From the NCBI GenBank assembly GCA_013822395.1, contig PNKK01000004.1, positions 33,966 through 97,965 on the forward strand: a DNA stretch of 64,000 nucleotides, written 5' to 3'. Shown here piece by piece: positions 11,427 to 21,043 of this stretch (position 1 is the stretch's first letter; each line of letters opens with the position of its first letter). A program made the translations under genes and the position numbers. Below the pieces are notes generated by a model. It was not told where the DNA came from. It saw only the letters and a program-made list of their open reading frames with translations, and ran no database searches. Source of the stretch: Anaerolinea sp. (GTDB lineage: Bacteria; Chloroflexota; Limnocylindria; Limnocylindrales; CSP1-4).

Positions 11427-12260
11427 TCAGCCGAGCCGCTCCTCCGCCGCGACGGCGGCACCCACGATCCCCGCGTCGTTGCCCATCGCCGCCGGGACAA
11501 CCTCCGCTCGGACGGTGAGGAGCGGCAGGAACTTGTCGGCCTCGTGGGAGATCCCGCCGCCGATGATGAAGCGATCCGGCGAGAAGAGCCGCTCGACGGT
11601 GCGGAGGTACTCGTCGGCCAGGCGTGCCCAGCGGACCCAACCGAGCCGGAGCCGGGTCTTCACGATCGCCGCGGCGCGATCCTCGGCGTCCCGGCCGCGG
11701 ATCTCGAGGTGCCCCAGCTCGGTGTTCGGGACGAGCCTGCCGTCGATGAAGATCGCACTCCCGATGCCGGTTCCGAACGTGACCATGATCACCGTGCCGG
11801 CGCGATCCCTGCCCGCCCCGAACCGCATCTCGGCGATGCCGGCGGCGTCCGCGTCGTTCATCAGGAAGACGGGCTGGCCGGTCGCGGCCTCGAACAGCGC
11901 GTCCCCATCGGTCCCGATCCACGACTCGTCGACGTTCGCCGCCGATCCCACGATCCCGTGGCGGATCACGGCCGGGAAGGTGATCCCGATCGGGCCGTCC
12001 GCGCGCAGCCGTCGGGCGATCTCGCCGATCCGCTCCGCGATCGCCGGCGGCGTGGCGGGCTGGGGGGTCGGGATCTCCAGCCGCTCCACGACCGCCGACC
12101 CCGCATCGAGGTCCACGATGCCGGCCTTGATCGCCGAGCCGCCGATATCGATGCCAAGTCGCCGTCGCACGGCGCTATTGTCATCGGCCGGGTCTCGTCG
12201 TGTAGACCCACGAGCGGGCGTCATCCTCGAGCAGACGTCAGAGGCTGAGAACGAATCCAT
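11427..12260 (-). CDS. ppgK: polyphosphate glucokinase (ROK family)
   Basis: ORF 11427..12260(-). Motifs GIDIGGSAIKAGIVDL, LMNDADAAGIAEMRFGAG, TFGTGIGSAIFIDGRLVPNTELGHLE; collinear with mycobacterial PPGK as recalled. Start is ATG 12260 or ATG 12224. Confidence 0.85.
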   Translation of the reverse strand: MDSFSASDVCSRMTPARGSTRRDPADDNSAVRRRLGIDIGGSAIKAGIVDLDAGSAVVERLEIPTPQPATPPAIAERIGEIARRLRADGPIGITFPAVIRHGIVGSAANVDESWIGTDGDALFEAATGQPVFLMNDADAAGIAEMRFGAGRDRAGTVIMVTFGTGIGSAIFIDGRLVPNTELGHLEIRGRDAEDRAAAIVKTRLRLGWVRWARLADEYLRTVERLFSPDRFIIGGGISHEADKFLPLLTVRAEVVPAAMGNDAGIVGAAVAAEERLG

Positions 12261-12403
12261 TTCCCGGGCGGTTGGAACGGCGGGAGCAGGTATTGGTATC
12301 GAGGGCCGGACCTCGATCGAGTCTCGGTGCAGGCGTACCGGCAGGCTGGCCGTTGAGGCCTGACCGTCAAACTCCTCGACCGACCCGACGTCCAGAGCGT
12401 CGG

Positions 12404-13809
12404 TGCCTCGGGATCAGCTCGCTGCCGGCGCTGTCCGGAGAACGAGCGTTCGCATGAGGTTGTGAGCGAGGGCGAACCAGAGCGCGATCGCCCGGGCCTT
12501 GTCGGGACCTCTGACCCCGAAGCGTTGGAGCCCGCGGTTGCGAGCGATCGCGTTCACGCACTCGGCCGTCGCGGCCCGCTCTTGTAGATCTCCCTGGCCT
12601 CGGCGGTGCCCATCCGGACGCGCCAGGCGGCGACCGCCGGCGAGTCGTCGGGCAGCGGCTGGTGCGGGTCACGGGTCTTGTCCGCGGGCGTGCGGACCGG
12701 GAGGTACAGGGTCGTGCCGCACGCCGCTGCGGCCAGCTCGTCGATCTCGGCGATCGTCTGAAAGCCCGCGTCGGCGAGGAGGGCGTCCGGGTCCCGGCCA
12801 TAGCGCCGACGGAGCTGGCCGACCATCGGGCGAAGCTGGCCGTGGTCGGTGCCGGCCGGGGTCACGTCGAGTCCGACGATGACCTGGCTCTCGGTGTCGG
12901 CCGCGAACTGGACGTTGTAGGCCGGCCGGTAGCCGCCATCGGCCATCTTCATCACCCGCGCCTCGGGATCGCTCGTCGAGGCGCGGGCCTCGTCGGCCGG
13001 CTTGCCGGCGCGGCGCCTGGCGGCCTCGAGCTCGGGCAGGTGAGTGAGCGCCAGGCGGACCCGCTCGGCGCGCTCCGCTGCCGCCCGCTCGCGGGCCGCG
13101 GCGATCCGCCGGCTGGTCGCCGCCGGGTCGTCGTCAAGCTCGGCCTTGAGGGCGTCGACCTGGGCCTCCGCCTCGTCGAGGAAGCGCTCGAGCGTCGAGC
13201 GGCCGAGGGTACGACGCGGCGCCGGCCGAGGCCCGGACGCGCATCCCGTCCTGGGCGACGGCTGCCAGGGTGACGAGCCCGTCGGCGAGCAGCGCGGCGA
13301 CGCTCTCGGTCAGGAGCCGGTCGAGGATGTCGGTCTGCTCGACCCGGAAGGCGGCCAGGGTGTGGTAGTTCACCCCGACCCCGCCGGCGAGCCAGCGGTA
13401 GGCGTCGTGCTCGTCGACGAGGCGGTCGAGTGCCCGGGCGCTGCCGACGGCCTCGAGCGTCGCATACAGCCAGAGCGAGACGAGGATCGCCCGGATCGAT
13501 CGGCGGTCGGCCGCTGTGACCCTCCACGGCCTTGATCCGGGCGTGGAACGCGGACAGGTCGAGCGACTCGACGAAGGCCCACACGAGGCGCGCCCGGTGG
13601 TCGGCCGGCAGGAGGCTCTCGAGATCGCTCGGGCGAAGCGTGATCTGGTCGCGCTGCGGACGCTGGAGTCGTGGTCGGGCCCGCCCCTCGGGCTCCGCTG
13701 GGCCGGCTTCCGTGGGCGGGAGATCGAACAGCTCGTCCATGCCCGGAATCGTAGCTGCCACCGGCCGCTATGGGAATCCCCCGGCCGAAAGATTCACAGC
13801 CCCTCAGTC
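12404..13809 (-). mobile_element. IS1182-family (IS5-like DDE) insertion sequence remnant; transposase split over at least 3 frames
   Basis: Minus-strand fragments in order:
- MDELFDLPP..LRPSDLESLLPADHRARLVWAFVESLDLSAFHARIKAVEGHSGRPPIDP (ORF 12952..13761)
- MNYHTLAAFRVEQTDILDRLLTESVAALLADGLVTL (13134..13373)
- MADGGYRPAYNVQFAADTESQVIVGLDVTPAGTDHGQL (12554..12955)
- C-terminus AECVNAIARNRGLQRFGVRGPDKARAIALWFALAHNLMRT, ending at the stop 12414-12416

The element boundaries are approximate. Confidence 0.75.
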
Positions 13810-14023
13810 GAGCGTCGGGTCGGAGCGCCGCGGCGGCGGGGAGTGCGTCCTGGAGGCACGCGAGCTCCAGGGCGGGACCGAGCCCGACCCGGTCGGCTTC
13901 CGCAAAGCGGCGGCCGGGTGGCGTCCCGTCGTCGAAGCGGGTGAGCGCCTCGTACCCCAGGATTCGCCCGCTGTCGAGCGCGACCACCGGCTGGAAGACG
14001 GTCCTGAATCCACGCCGGCGCAC
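13806..14023 (-). pseudogene. N-terminal fragment of an EAL-domain (c-di-GMP phosphodiesterase-type) gene, cut off at the IS1182 remnant
   Basis: ORF 13370..14023(-) begins RRRGFRTVFQPVVALDSGRILGYEALTRFDDGTPPGRRFAEADRVGLGPALELACLQDAL, which is the EAL-domain start motif QP(I/V)V...GYEAL(T/L)RF. The similarity ends near 13806, where the IS sequence begins. Confidence 0.6.
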
Positions 14024-14201
14024 GATCGCCGTGACGGCCGCCCGCCGCTCGACCTCGTGCTGGCGCTCGGCCAGCGCCGGGAGGAGGGGCCCGTCCTCGC
14101 GACCCTCGACTGGTACGCGATCGCCGAGGCGGTCTTCGAGCGGAGCGCGTCAAGACCACGCGATGCGCTCTCGCGATCGTCCCGCTGAGCCGACCGTCAG
14201 C

Positions 14202-14927
14202 TCACGACTGGGGCACGCTGAGGGCGGCAGCCTTCAGCCCCTCAAATGTGCGATCCATGTGGGCGAGCGTCACCCGCTCGACTGCGTCCAGATCGCGCTC
14301 GATCATCGCGGTCAGCAGGTCCTGGTGCTCCTTGGCGGTCTCGGTGATCACGCCGAGGCGGGCGATCGCCGGGATCGCTACGACGCGAGCCCTGGACCGC
14401 AGGTCCTCGATCACCTCGGTGAGGATGCGATTGCCGCACAGACCCGTCAGCTGCCAGTGGAACTCGTAGTCCGCCTCAACGAAGTGCTTGAGATCGCCCT
14501 CCTGGGCAAAGCGCAGGATCGCGTCCGCTAGCCGCCGGATGGGCTCGATCTCCCCCGGCGAGACCGTCGCCGCGATGGCCCGCATCGTGGGTATCTCCAG
14601 GAGGCGCCGCACTTGCATGGCCTGCCGGAGGTACTCCATCGACGGCGCCACGACCTTGAAGCCTCGGTTCGGCAGCGCGACGACCAACCCCTGCTGGACG
14701 AGGTCCAGCACGGCCTCGCGCACCGGCGTGGGTGACACGCCGAACTGCTCGGCGAGGATCGGTACGGAGAAGTGGTCTCCCGGAGGCAGCTCTCCCATGA
14801 AGATCGCCCAGCGGAGCGAGCTCACGATCTGCTCGCGGAGGCTCTCGCCCTTGACGGGCGGACCGCCCTTCTGACGGTCGACGATCAGACGATCACGGTC
14901 GAGCACGGATCCCCCTGGTCTCGTCAT
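14202..14927 (-). CDS. GntR-family transcriptional regulator (FadR/FCD-type C-terminal domain)
   Basis: ORF 14202..14927(-). Winged-helix segment PPGDHFSVPILAEQFGVSPTPVREAVLDLVQQGLVVALPNRGFKV, followed by an all-helical ligand domain. Confidence 0.85.
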   Translation of the reverse strand: MTRPGGSVLDRDRLIVDRQKGGPPVKGESLREQIVSSLRWAIFMGELPPGDHFSVPILAEQFGVSPTPVREAVLDLVQQGLVVALPNRGFKVVAPSMEYLRQAMQVRRLLEIPTMRAIAATVSPGEIEPIRRLADAILRFAQEGDLKHFVEADYEFHWQLTGLCGNRILTEVIEDLRSRARVVAIPAIARLGVITETAKEHQDLLTAMIERDLDAVERVTLAHMDRTFEGLKAAALSVPQS

Positions 14928-14948
14928 GCATTGCGGCTCCCTCCGTCC

Positions 14949-16154
14949 TCATGCCACCACGACGCCGGCCTTCACGACACGGCGACCCGGGGCCGGCTGC
15001 CACAGCACGCTGGGCGTGAGGAACGGGTCGCCCCCGAGGACCAGCAGGTCCCCGGCCGCGCCGATGGCGATCCGCCCGTACCGGTTGTCGCCCAGGATTG
15101 TGGCATTGCGCGAGGTCGCACTCCGCAGGAGCTCCAGGGTCCCCTGCACCTCGTGCTGGACCTCCAGCCCCCGCAGCTGCTCGCTCTCAAGGCTGGCCAT
15201 GAGGTCAGTGCCGAAGCCGACGAGGACGCCGGCTCGCGTCGCCCGATCGATGGCGGTCATGCCCGCCTCAAGCACAACGGCGTTCTTCTCCAGCCCCTCC
15301 GACGCCATCCCGAGATCCTTCCCGTGCTCGGCCATGGCCCGATACGTCACGAGCGTCGGGACCAGCACGGCGCCGTGCTCGGCCATCAGGCGCGCCGTCG
15401 CGTCGTCCAGCAGGTTGCCGTGCTCAATCGACCGCACGCCGTTCGTGACCGCGTGGCTGATGGCCTCCGGAGAGTAGGCGTGGGCGGCCACGTACGCGCC
15501 ACGCCTGGCGGCCTCGTCAGCGACCACCCGGATCTCCTCCGCACTGTATTGGGGGATGCGGATCGGGTCCGTCGGCGAGACGACACCCCCGGACGCCATG
15601 ATCTTGATGAGGTGGGCGCCGGTCCGGAGGCGATCGCGGACGGCGATGCGGAGCGGGTCCACGCCATCGACGACCTCGACGGCGTGGTGCCCGCCGGCCT
15701 CCAGATGCAGGTGCGCCGGCCGCCCGTCGCCGTGTCCGCCCGTCTGGCTGAGCGCGGGACCCGAGTAGAAGTAGTTCGGTGCGACAACCAGGCCCTCGTC
15801 GATGGCGCGGGTGAGTCCGATGTCGCCTCCCGCGGGATCACGGACCGTGGTGAAGCCGCGCCGCAGGGCCTGTGTCAGCCGGGCGGCACCCTTGAGGGCC
15901 ACGTAGCTGGGCCGGCTGCCCTCCAGCTCGAGCAGGTCGAGGCTGATCCCGTAGGCGTGGAAGTGGCAGTCGATCAATCCCGGCGTGACGACGCTCCCGG
16001 CGGCATCGAGCGTCGGAACCTCGCTGCGGGACACCGTTCCGATCTCGACGATGCGGCCGTCGTCGATGCGGATGTCGGCCTCGACGAGTCCCTCGTTCGT
16101 CCCGTCGAAGATGCGGGCATTGCGGACGACGAGCGCGGCGGATACGGACATCAT
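14949..16154 (-). CDS. metal-dependent amidohydrolase (COG1228-like, imidazolonepropionase/Xaa-Pro dipeptidase relatives)
   Basis: ORF 14949..16430(-) trimmed to ATG 16154. Motifs VVTPGLIDCHFHA, GAHLIKIMASGG, AHAYSPEAI, SIEHG, GFGTDL. Confidence 0.8.
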   Translation of the reverse strand: MMSVSAALVVRNARIFDGTNEGLVEADIRIDDGRIVEIGTVSRSEVPTLDAAGSVVTPGLIDCHFHAYGISLDLLELEGSRPSYVALKGAARLTQALRRGFTTVRDPAGGDIGLTRAIDEGLVVAPNYFYSGPALSQTGGHGDGRPAHLHLEAGGHHAVEVVDGVDPLRIAVRDRLRTGAHLIKIMASGGVVSPTDPIRIPQYSAEEIRVVADEAARRGAYVAAHAYSPEAISHAVTNGVRSIEHGNLLDDATARLMAEHGAVLVPTLVTYRAMAEHGKDLGMASEGLEKNAVVLEAGMTAIDRATRAGVLVGFGTDLMASLESEQLRGLEVQHEVQGTLELLRSATSRNATILGDNRYGRIAIGAAGDLLVLGGDPFLTPSVLWQPAPGRRVVKAGVVVA

Positions 16155-16158
16155 CGCC

Positions 16159-17100
16159 TCAGCCCCTGGAGACCAGGGCGCGCACGAAGAGACCCAGGTT
16201 CGCCGGGCGCTCTGCGAGGCGGCGCATGACGTAGCCGTACCACTCGACGCCGTAGGCGACGTAGACGCGGACGTCGAGACCCTCCGCCACGAGGCGGCGC
16301 TGCTCCGCGGGACGAATGCCGTAGAGCATCTGCACCTCGAACGACGCAAGCGGACGGCCCGCCTCTCGCGCCAGGCGGATCGCCGCGGCCACGAGCGCCG
16401 GGTCGTGTGTGGCGACCAGGGGGCGGGCATCGCTGTGCATGAGGATCTCGAGCGCGCTCACGTACGCCGCGTCGACATCCGCGGCCTGTTCGTGCGCCAG
16501 CTCGGCGGGCTCGCGATAGGCCCCCTTGGTAAGCCTGACGCGGCTTCCGCTCGTCGCAAGCGACCGCACGTCATCCGGGGTGCGACGGAGCGCCGCCTGG
16601 AGCGCACAGCCGACCGACGGGACCTCCGCGCGCAGGTGGTGCAGGATGCGGAGGGTGCTGTCGGTCGTCGTGTGGTCCTCCATGTCGAGCGTCACCAGGA
16701 CGCCGGCCCTCGTCGCCGCGCGGACGATCTCAGAGGCGCGCACGAGCGCGAACGACTCGCCCGCGTCCGGCAGGGACAGACCCAGCGCGGAGAGCTTGAC
16801 CGAGACCTCGGCGCGGGGCGCGAGACCGGCGCGAGCGAGCCCGTCGATGAGGCGCTGGTAGGCCGCGACGGTCTGATGCGCCTCCGCGCGATCGGCGATG
16901 TCCTCGCCGAGGTGGTCCACCGTGACGAGCATGCCCAGCGCGACCAGCTGGGCGGCGACCCGCACCGCGTCGTCGATCGTGTCGCCGGCGACGAACCGCC
17001 GGGCCAGGGTCCGGCTCGGAGGGAGCGCCTGCACGGAGCGGCGGGCCCCCGGCGAGCGGGACGCCGCGAGGAGCACGGATCGAAGCATCAGACGACCCAC
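16159..17100 (-). CDS. proline dehydrogenase (monofunctional PRODH)
   Basis: ORF 16159..17100(-). Motifs VSVKLSALG, VTLDMEDH, VRLTKGAY, THDP, FEVQMLYGIR, YVAYGVEWYGYVMRRLAERPANL. Start is GTG 17100 or ATG 17088. Confidence 0.85.
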   Translation of the reverse strand: MGRLMLRSVLLAASRSPGARRSVQALPPSRTLARRFVAGDTIDDAVRVAAQLVALGMLVTVDHLGEDIADRAEAHQTVAAYQRLIDGLARAGLAPRAEVSVKLSALGLSLPDAGESFALVRASEIVRAATRAGVLVTLDMEDHTTTDSTLRILHHLRAEVPSVGCALQAALRRTPDDVRSLATSGSRVRLTKGAYREPAELAHEQAADVDAAYVSALEILMHSDARPLVATHDPALVAAAIRLAREAGRPLASFEVQMLYGIRPAEQRRLVAEGLDVRVYVAYGVEWYGYVMRRLAERPANLGLFVRALVSRG

Positions 17101-17135
17101 GAGCGGCGCTGCGCCCCCGGCCGGTGGCCCACGAC

Positions 17136-18080
17136 CTACACCCGCTCCGAACGACGAAAGACCTGGTCGGCTGCGACGGCGAGGAAGATCAGCAGGCCGA
17201 GGATCGTCAGCTGGTAGGTCGTGTCCACGCCCAGCAGGTTGAGGCCGTTACCGATGAGGGCAAACGTCAGGATGCCCAGGGATCCGCGCCACACCGATCC
17301 CGATCCACCGAAGATGCTCACGCCTCCGACGACCGTGGCGGCGATCGCCGTGAACGCGAAGGTGTCCGAGTAGGCATTCGTCGCGCCAGACCCGTACTGG
17401 GCCACGTACAGCACGCCAGCGACACCGGCGCCGAGCCCGGAGAGCGTGTAGCACGCGACGAGCACCCGCTTGGTGCGGATGCCCGCGAGGAATGCGGCGC
17501 GGCGGTTCCCGCCCACCGCGTACACCATCCGGCCGAAGATCGTGAACGCCAGGAGGACCTCCATCACGAGGACGAAGGCGAGGGCGATCCAGACGATGCC
17601 CTTGAGCCCCAGGTAGGTGCCCACGGAGATGCGCTGCAGGGCCTCCGCTGCCGCCTGGCTCTCGATCGTCACGAGGCCGCCGCTCGCCAGGATGAGCCCG
17701 AGGCCGCGGTAGGTGAACGACGCCGCCAGCGTGCCGATGAACGAGTTGACGCCGGTCGCCGTGATGGCAAGACCGGTGACGAGGCCGAGGAGCGCCCCGA
17801 AGGCGATGCCCGCCAGCACGCCGGCCACGGGTCCAAGGACGTTGACCGCGATCACCGTCAGGATCGCCGACGCGGTCGCCACCGCCGCGATGGAGAGGTC
17901 GAACACCCCGGCGACGATGAGGATGGTGGTCGTGGCCGCGAAGATCAGGAGGATGGCCGACTGGTCCATGATGTTCGCGGCGTTGGCGAAGGAGAAGAAC
18001 GACCTGGACGTGATGGCCAGCAACAGGAAGAGGACGCAGAAGACCGCGACGATCCCGTAGCTCCTGAGACGTTCGATCAT
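17136..18080 (-). CDS. ABC transporter permease (CUT2 / ribose-xylose type, BPD_transp_2)
   Basis: ORF 17136..18080(-). Polytopic membrane protein with a 4-nt overlap with the upstream ATPase gene. Confidence 0.8.
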   Translation of the reverse strand: MIERLRSYGIVAVFCVLFLLLAITSRSFFSFANAANIMDQSAILLIFAATTTILIVAGVFDLSIAAVATASAILTVIAVNVLGPVAGVLAGIAFGALLGLVTGLAITATGVNSFIGTLAASFTYRGLGLILASGGLVTIESQAAAEALQRISVGTYLGLKGIVWIALAFVLVMEVLLAFTIFGRMVYAVGGNRRAAFLAGIRTKRVLVACYTLSGLGAGVAGVLYVAQYGSGATNAYSDTFAFTAIAATVVGGVSIFGGSGSVWRGSLGILTFALIGNGLNLLGVDTTYQLTILGLLIFLAVAADQVFRRSERV

Positions 18081-19627
18081 ATTGCGGCCAGGTGCTGGCC
18101 GAAGAAGGCCGCGATCACGTCCTGCTGCCGATAGGGGGCTCGGAACTCGCCGTGGACCTGGCCGCGGTGAATCACCAGGACGCGGCTGCAGACGCCGAGG
18201 ATTTCCTCGATCTCGCTCGAGATGAACAGGATGGCCATCCCTTCCGCGGCGAGCTCGGCCAGCTTCGCGTGGATCGCCCGCTTGGCAGCGATGTCCACGC
18301 CACGCGTCGGCTCGTCCACGATGAGCACCCTCGGCTGCACCTCGCGCGCCCTGGCGAAGAGGAGCTTCTGCTGGTTGCCGCCCGACAGCGTCCCGACGTG
18401 CTGGCTCACCGACTGGAACCGCAGGTCGACCTCCTCGGCCAGCCGGCGCGCGCGGGCGTCCATCGCCCCCCGGTCCAGCCAGCCACCCCGGGAGTACGCG
18501 CCCAGGGTGGCGAGCGTCACATTGTCGGTGATCGACGACCCGGCGATCAGCCCCTGCTCCTTGCGGCTCTCGGGAACCATGAAGATCCCGGCAGCGATCG
18601 CCTCGGCCGGGTGGGACGCATTCGCCGCCACGCCGTCGACCGTGACCTCCCCGGCGCTGCGGGGGTCGGCGCCGTAGATGCAGCGGGCGATCTCGGTGCG
18701 GCCCGCCCCGATGAGGCCGGCGAGCCCGAGTATCTCCCCGCTGCGGACGTCGAGCGAGACGTCGCGCAGGACGCCGGGGCGGCTGAGCCCGCGAACTGAC
18801 AGGCGGACGGGTCCGGTGGCCTGCTCCTTGCGCTCGTGGTACTCGGTGGCGAGGGCCTTTCCCACCATCGCTGCCACCAGCGTCTCGACCGTCTCCTCGG
18901 CCGTGGGCCCCTGGCGCACGAGCTCGCCGTCGCGCATGATCGCGACGTGGCTCGTCAGCTCGAGGACCTCCTCGAGGAAGTGGGAGATCAGGAGCACGGC
19001 CGTCCCTCGGCGGCTCATCTCCCGGATGCTGTGGTGCAGGCGCTCGACCTGGTCGACCGTGAGCGCCGCGGATGGTTCGTCCATGACGACCAGCAGGGCT
19101 TCCTGCGAGAGGGCCCGCATGATCTCGACCTTCTGCTGATCAGCCACCCTGAGTCGCGACACCGGGGCGTCGGGGTCGATGTCGAACTGGGTCAGTTCGG
19201 CGAGCTCGCGGTAGTGGCGACGCATCGCTCCCCGGTCGAGGAACGGGCCGCGCCTCGGCAGGTTGCCGAGCAGCACGTTCTCCTCCGCGGTCGCCTCGGG
19301 GACCAGGGAGATCTCCTGGGCCATCAACGAGACGCCGGCCTTGAGGCCCTCGTGCGGGTCGCGCAGGTGCCGGACCCGGCCGGCGATCGAGACGTCCCCC
19401 TCGTCGGGTGCGTGAACACCGGCGATGACGCGGGCAAGCGTGGACTTGCCCGCGCCGTTCTCGCCCACCAGGCCAACGATGGCCCCGGCGGGGATGTCGA
19501 GACTGACGCCGCGCACGGCCCGGGTCGCCCCGAACGACTTGACGATGTTCCGGGCGCGAACGACGGGGTCGGGAGCGCTCATCGCGCCCCCGACCGATGC
19601 CACACGAGACGATGTCTCGCCGACCAT
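18077..19627 (-). CDS. sugar-type ABC transporter ATP-binding protein with duplicated ABC domains
   Basis: ORF 18077..19627(-). Walker A GENGAGKST, two signature motifs (LSGGNQQK and the first-domain equivalent), DEPS/DEPT Walker B. Alternative start at ATG 19582. Confidence 0.9.
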   Translation of the reverse strand: MVGETSSRVASVGGAMSAPDPVVRARNIVKSFGATRAVRGVSLDIPAGAIVGLVGENGAGKSTLARVIAGVHAPDEGDVSIAGRVRHLRDPHEGLKAGVSLMAQEISLVPEATAEENVLLGNLPRRGPFLDRGAMRRHYRELAELTQFDIDPDAPVSRLRVADQQKVEIMRALSQEALLVVMDEPSAALTVDQVERLHHSIREMSRRGTAVLLISHFLEEVLELTSHVAIMRDGELVRQGPTAEETVETLVAAMVGKALATEYHERKEQATGPVRLSVRGLSRPGVLRDVSLDVRSGEILGLAGLIGAGRTEIARCIYGADPRSAGEVTVDGVAANASHPAEAIAAGIFMVPESRKEQGLIAGSSITDNVTLATLGAYSRGGWLDRGAMDARARRLAEEVDLRFQSVSQHVGTLSGGNQQKLLFARAREVQPRVLIVDEPTRGVDIAAKRAIHAKLAELAAEGMAILFISSEIEEILGVCSRVLVIHRGQVHGEFRAPYRQQDVIAAFFGQHLAAI

Positions 19628-19631
19628 CGCC

Positions 19632-20678
19632 CTACTTGAGGTCCGAGTAGGATGCGGTCAGTCCCGCGATGACGTCCTTCGTCCCGCGAGGATTGAGCAG
19701 GGTCTGCGTGTCGAACGAGCGGACGTCGCTCTCGCCGGATGCGACTGCGAGGCCCATCTCGACGGACTTCGAGCCCATGCCGACGACGTCCATGTTGTAG
19801 AGCGCGAACCACGCGCCGGAGTTGACCCCTGCGAACGCCTCCTCCGAGGAGCCGTTGCCGATCAGCTTGACCTTGGTCACGTCCACGACGCCCTGGGCGC
19901 CGATGATGGCCTGCGACGAGCCCACCATCACGTGGATGTCGGGGTTGCGCTGCAGGGCATCCTGGGCCGCCTTCTTGCCCTGGTCGGGGGTATAGCCACC
20001 CTCGAGCTGTGCGACCACCTTGGCGTTGGGATTGCCCGCGGCGAGGGTGCTCAGGAACGACGTCGTGCGCGCATTGTCCAGCGGCAGCGCCTTGAGACCC
20101 TCGAGATATGCGACGTTGCACGGGTTGAGCGTGCCGCACGCCTCAATCGCCAGCTCCGCGAGCACCTTGCCGTTGGCGACCGGTGTCTCACCGACGACGA
20201 TCAGGCCGTCGACCTGGGGCTCGAGCGTGTCGAAGCTGGGACCCAGGGGCGTGAAAGCCGCGACGACGATGATCCCCTTGGCGATGGCCTCCCTGGCCGC
20301 GGTCGCCATGCCGACGGAGTCGGACGCAAGGAGGACGTACATCTGCGCGTCGCCCTTCACGGTCTGGTCCTGGACGGCCTTCGTCTGTGCAACGGCATCG
20401 TACCCCGGCGTCGTGAGGTCGACCACCTCGGCGCCCGCCGCGGCCGCGGCGCTCTTCACTCCATCAAGGACGGCGATGGTGAACGAGTTCGACTTCCAGA
20501 AGCCGAAGAATGCGATCTTCTTGACGGGGTTGGCGGCGGCCGACGCCGTTGCGGGCGGCGCATCCGACGCCGCGACCGACGGAGCGGCCGATGGGCTCGC
20601 CGGGGTTGCGCCTGCGCAGGCCGCCAGGACGGCGGCGAGCGACAGGGTCGCCACGAGCGACAGCTTGGTCATTTTCAT
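19632..20678 (-). CDS. ABC transporter periplasmic-binding lipoprotein (Peripla_BP_4-like)
   Basis: ORF 19632..20678(-). Lipoprotein signal MKMTKLSLVATLSLAAVLAACAG. Sits upstream of the ATPase and permease genes. Confidence 0.8.
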   Translation of the reverse strand: MKMTKLSLVATLSLAAVLAACAGATPASPSAAPSVAASDAPPATASAAANPVKKIAFFGFWKSNSFTIAVLDGVKSAAAAAGAEVVDLTTPGYDAVAQTKAVQDQTVKGDAQMYVLLASDSVGMATAAREAIAKGIIVVAAFTPLGPSFDTLEPQVDGLIVVGETPVANGKVLAELAIEACGTLNPCNVAYLEGLKALPLDNARTTSFLSTLAAGNPNAKVVAQLEGGYTPDQGKKAAQDALQRNPDIHVMVGSSQAIIGAQGVVDVTKVKLIGNGSSEEAFAGVNSGAWFALYNMDVVGMGSKSVEMGLAVASGESDVRSFDTQTLLNPRGTKDVIAGLTASYSDLK

Positions 20679-21043
20679 TGACGTGCCCTCTTTTCCCTCG
20701 TCCCGCTTGGTTGCAGCCCGGCGCCCGTTGCCTCCACCGTGTGGAGCACGTTCCAGACCTCACCCGGGGCGGACGGATCCCAGGTGTCCGACATGAACGC
20801 GAGGAGGTCGGCGGAACCGACACCTCGCTCTGGGTGGTCGAGCCAGCGCTGATATGCGATCTCCTCGTCCCAGACGCCGACGACGTGCGCTCGACCCTCG
20901 TGCACGGCGTCGGCGGTCAGATAGAGCGAGCGACATCCCTCGACCTGGATTGCCCGTTCGAGGATTCGGTGGCGCCTGAACGCTGCCGCCAGGGCGTCGA
21001 ACGATCCCGGGACAAGCTCGAACGTGAGATGGCTGAGGATCAC
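20675..21043 (-). CDS. small ABM-like (dimeric alpha-beta barrel) protein, function unknown
   Basis: ORF 20675..21043(-), 122 aa. Shows 4-nt overlaps with both neighbours (hyuB stop, binding-protein start). The fold assignment is by pattern only. Confidence 0.5.
   Translation of the reverse strand: MILSHLTFELVPGSFDALAAAFRRHRILERAIQVEGCRSLYLTADAVHEGRAHVVGVWDEEIAYQRWLDHPERGVGSADLLAFMSDTWDPSAPGEVWNVLHTVEATGAGLQPSGTREKRARQ

Noticed and set aside
10206-12248. 680-aa plus-strand ORF across moxR and ppgK. Similar giant ORFs occur at 40687-43383(+), 46080-48080(+), 49741-51657(-), 35834-37588(-) and 53537-55231(-).
   Set aside because: Each is antisense to one or more well-supported genes (moxR/ppgK, valS, tig, cinA, lacI and the binding protein, potA). 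None has recognisable motifs. They are GC-bias artefacts.
12261-12416. Continuation of the interrupted EAL gene on the left side of the IS1182 remnant.
   Set aside because: The in-frame translation (…GTDALDVGSVEEFDGQASTASLPVRLHRDS…) lacks EAL-domain motifs and runs without a stop into the ppgK start region. The distal part of the EAL gene appears to be deleted.
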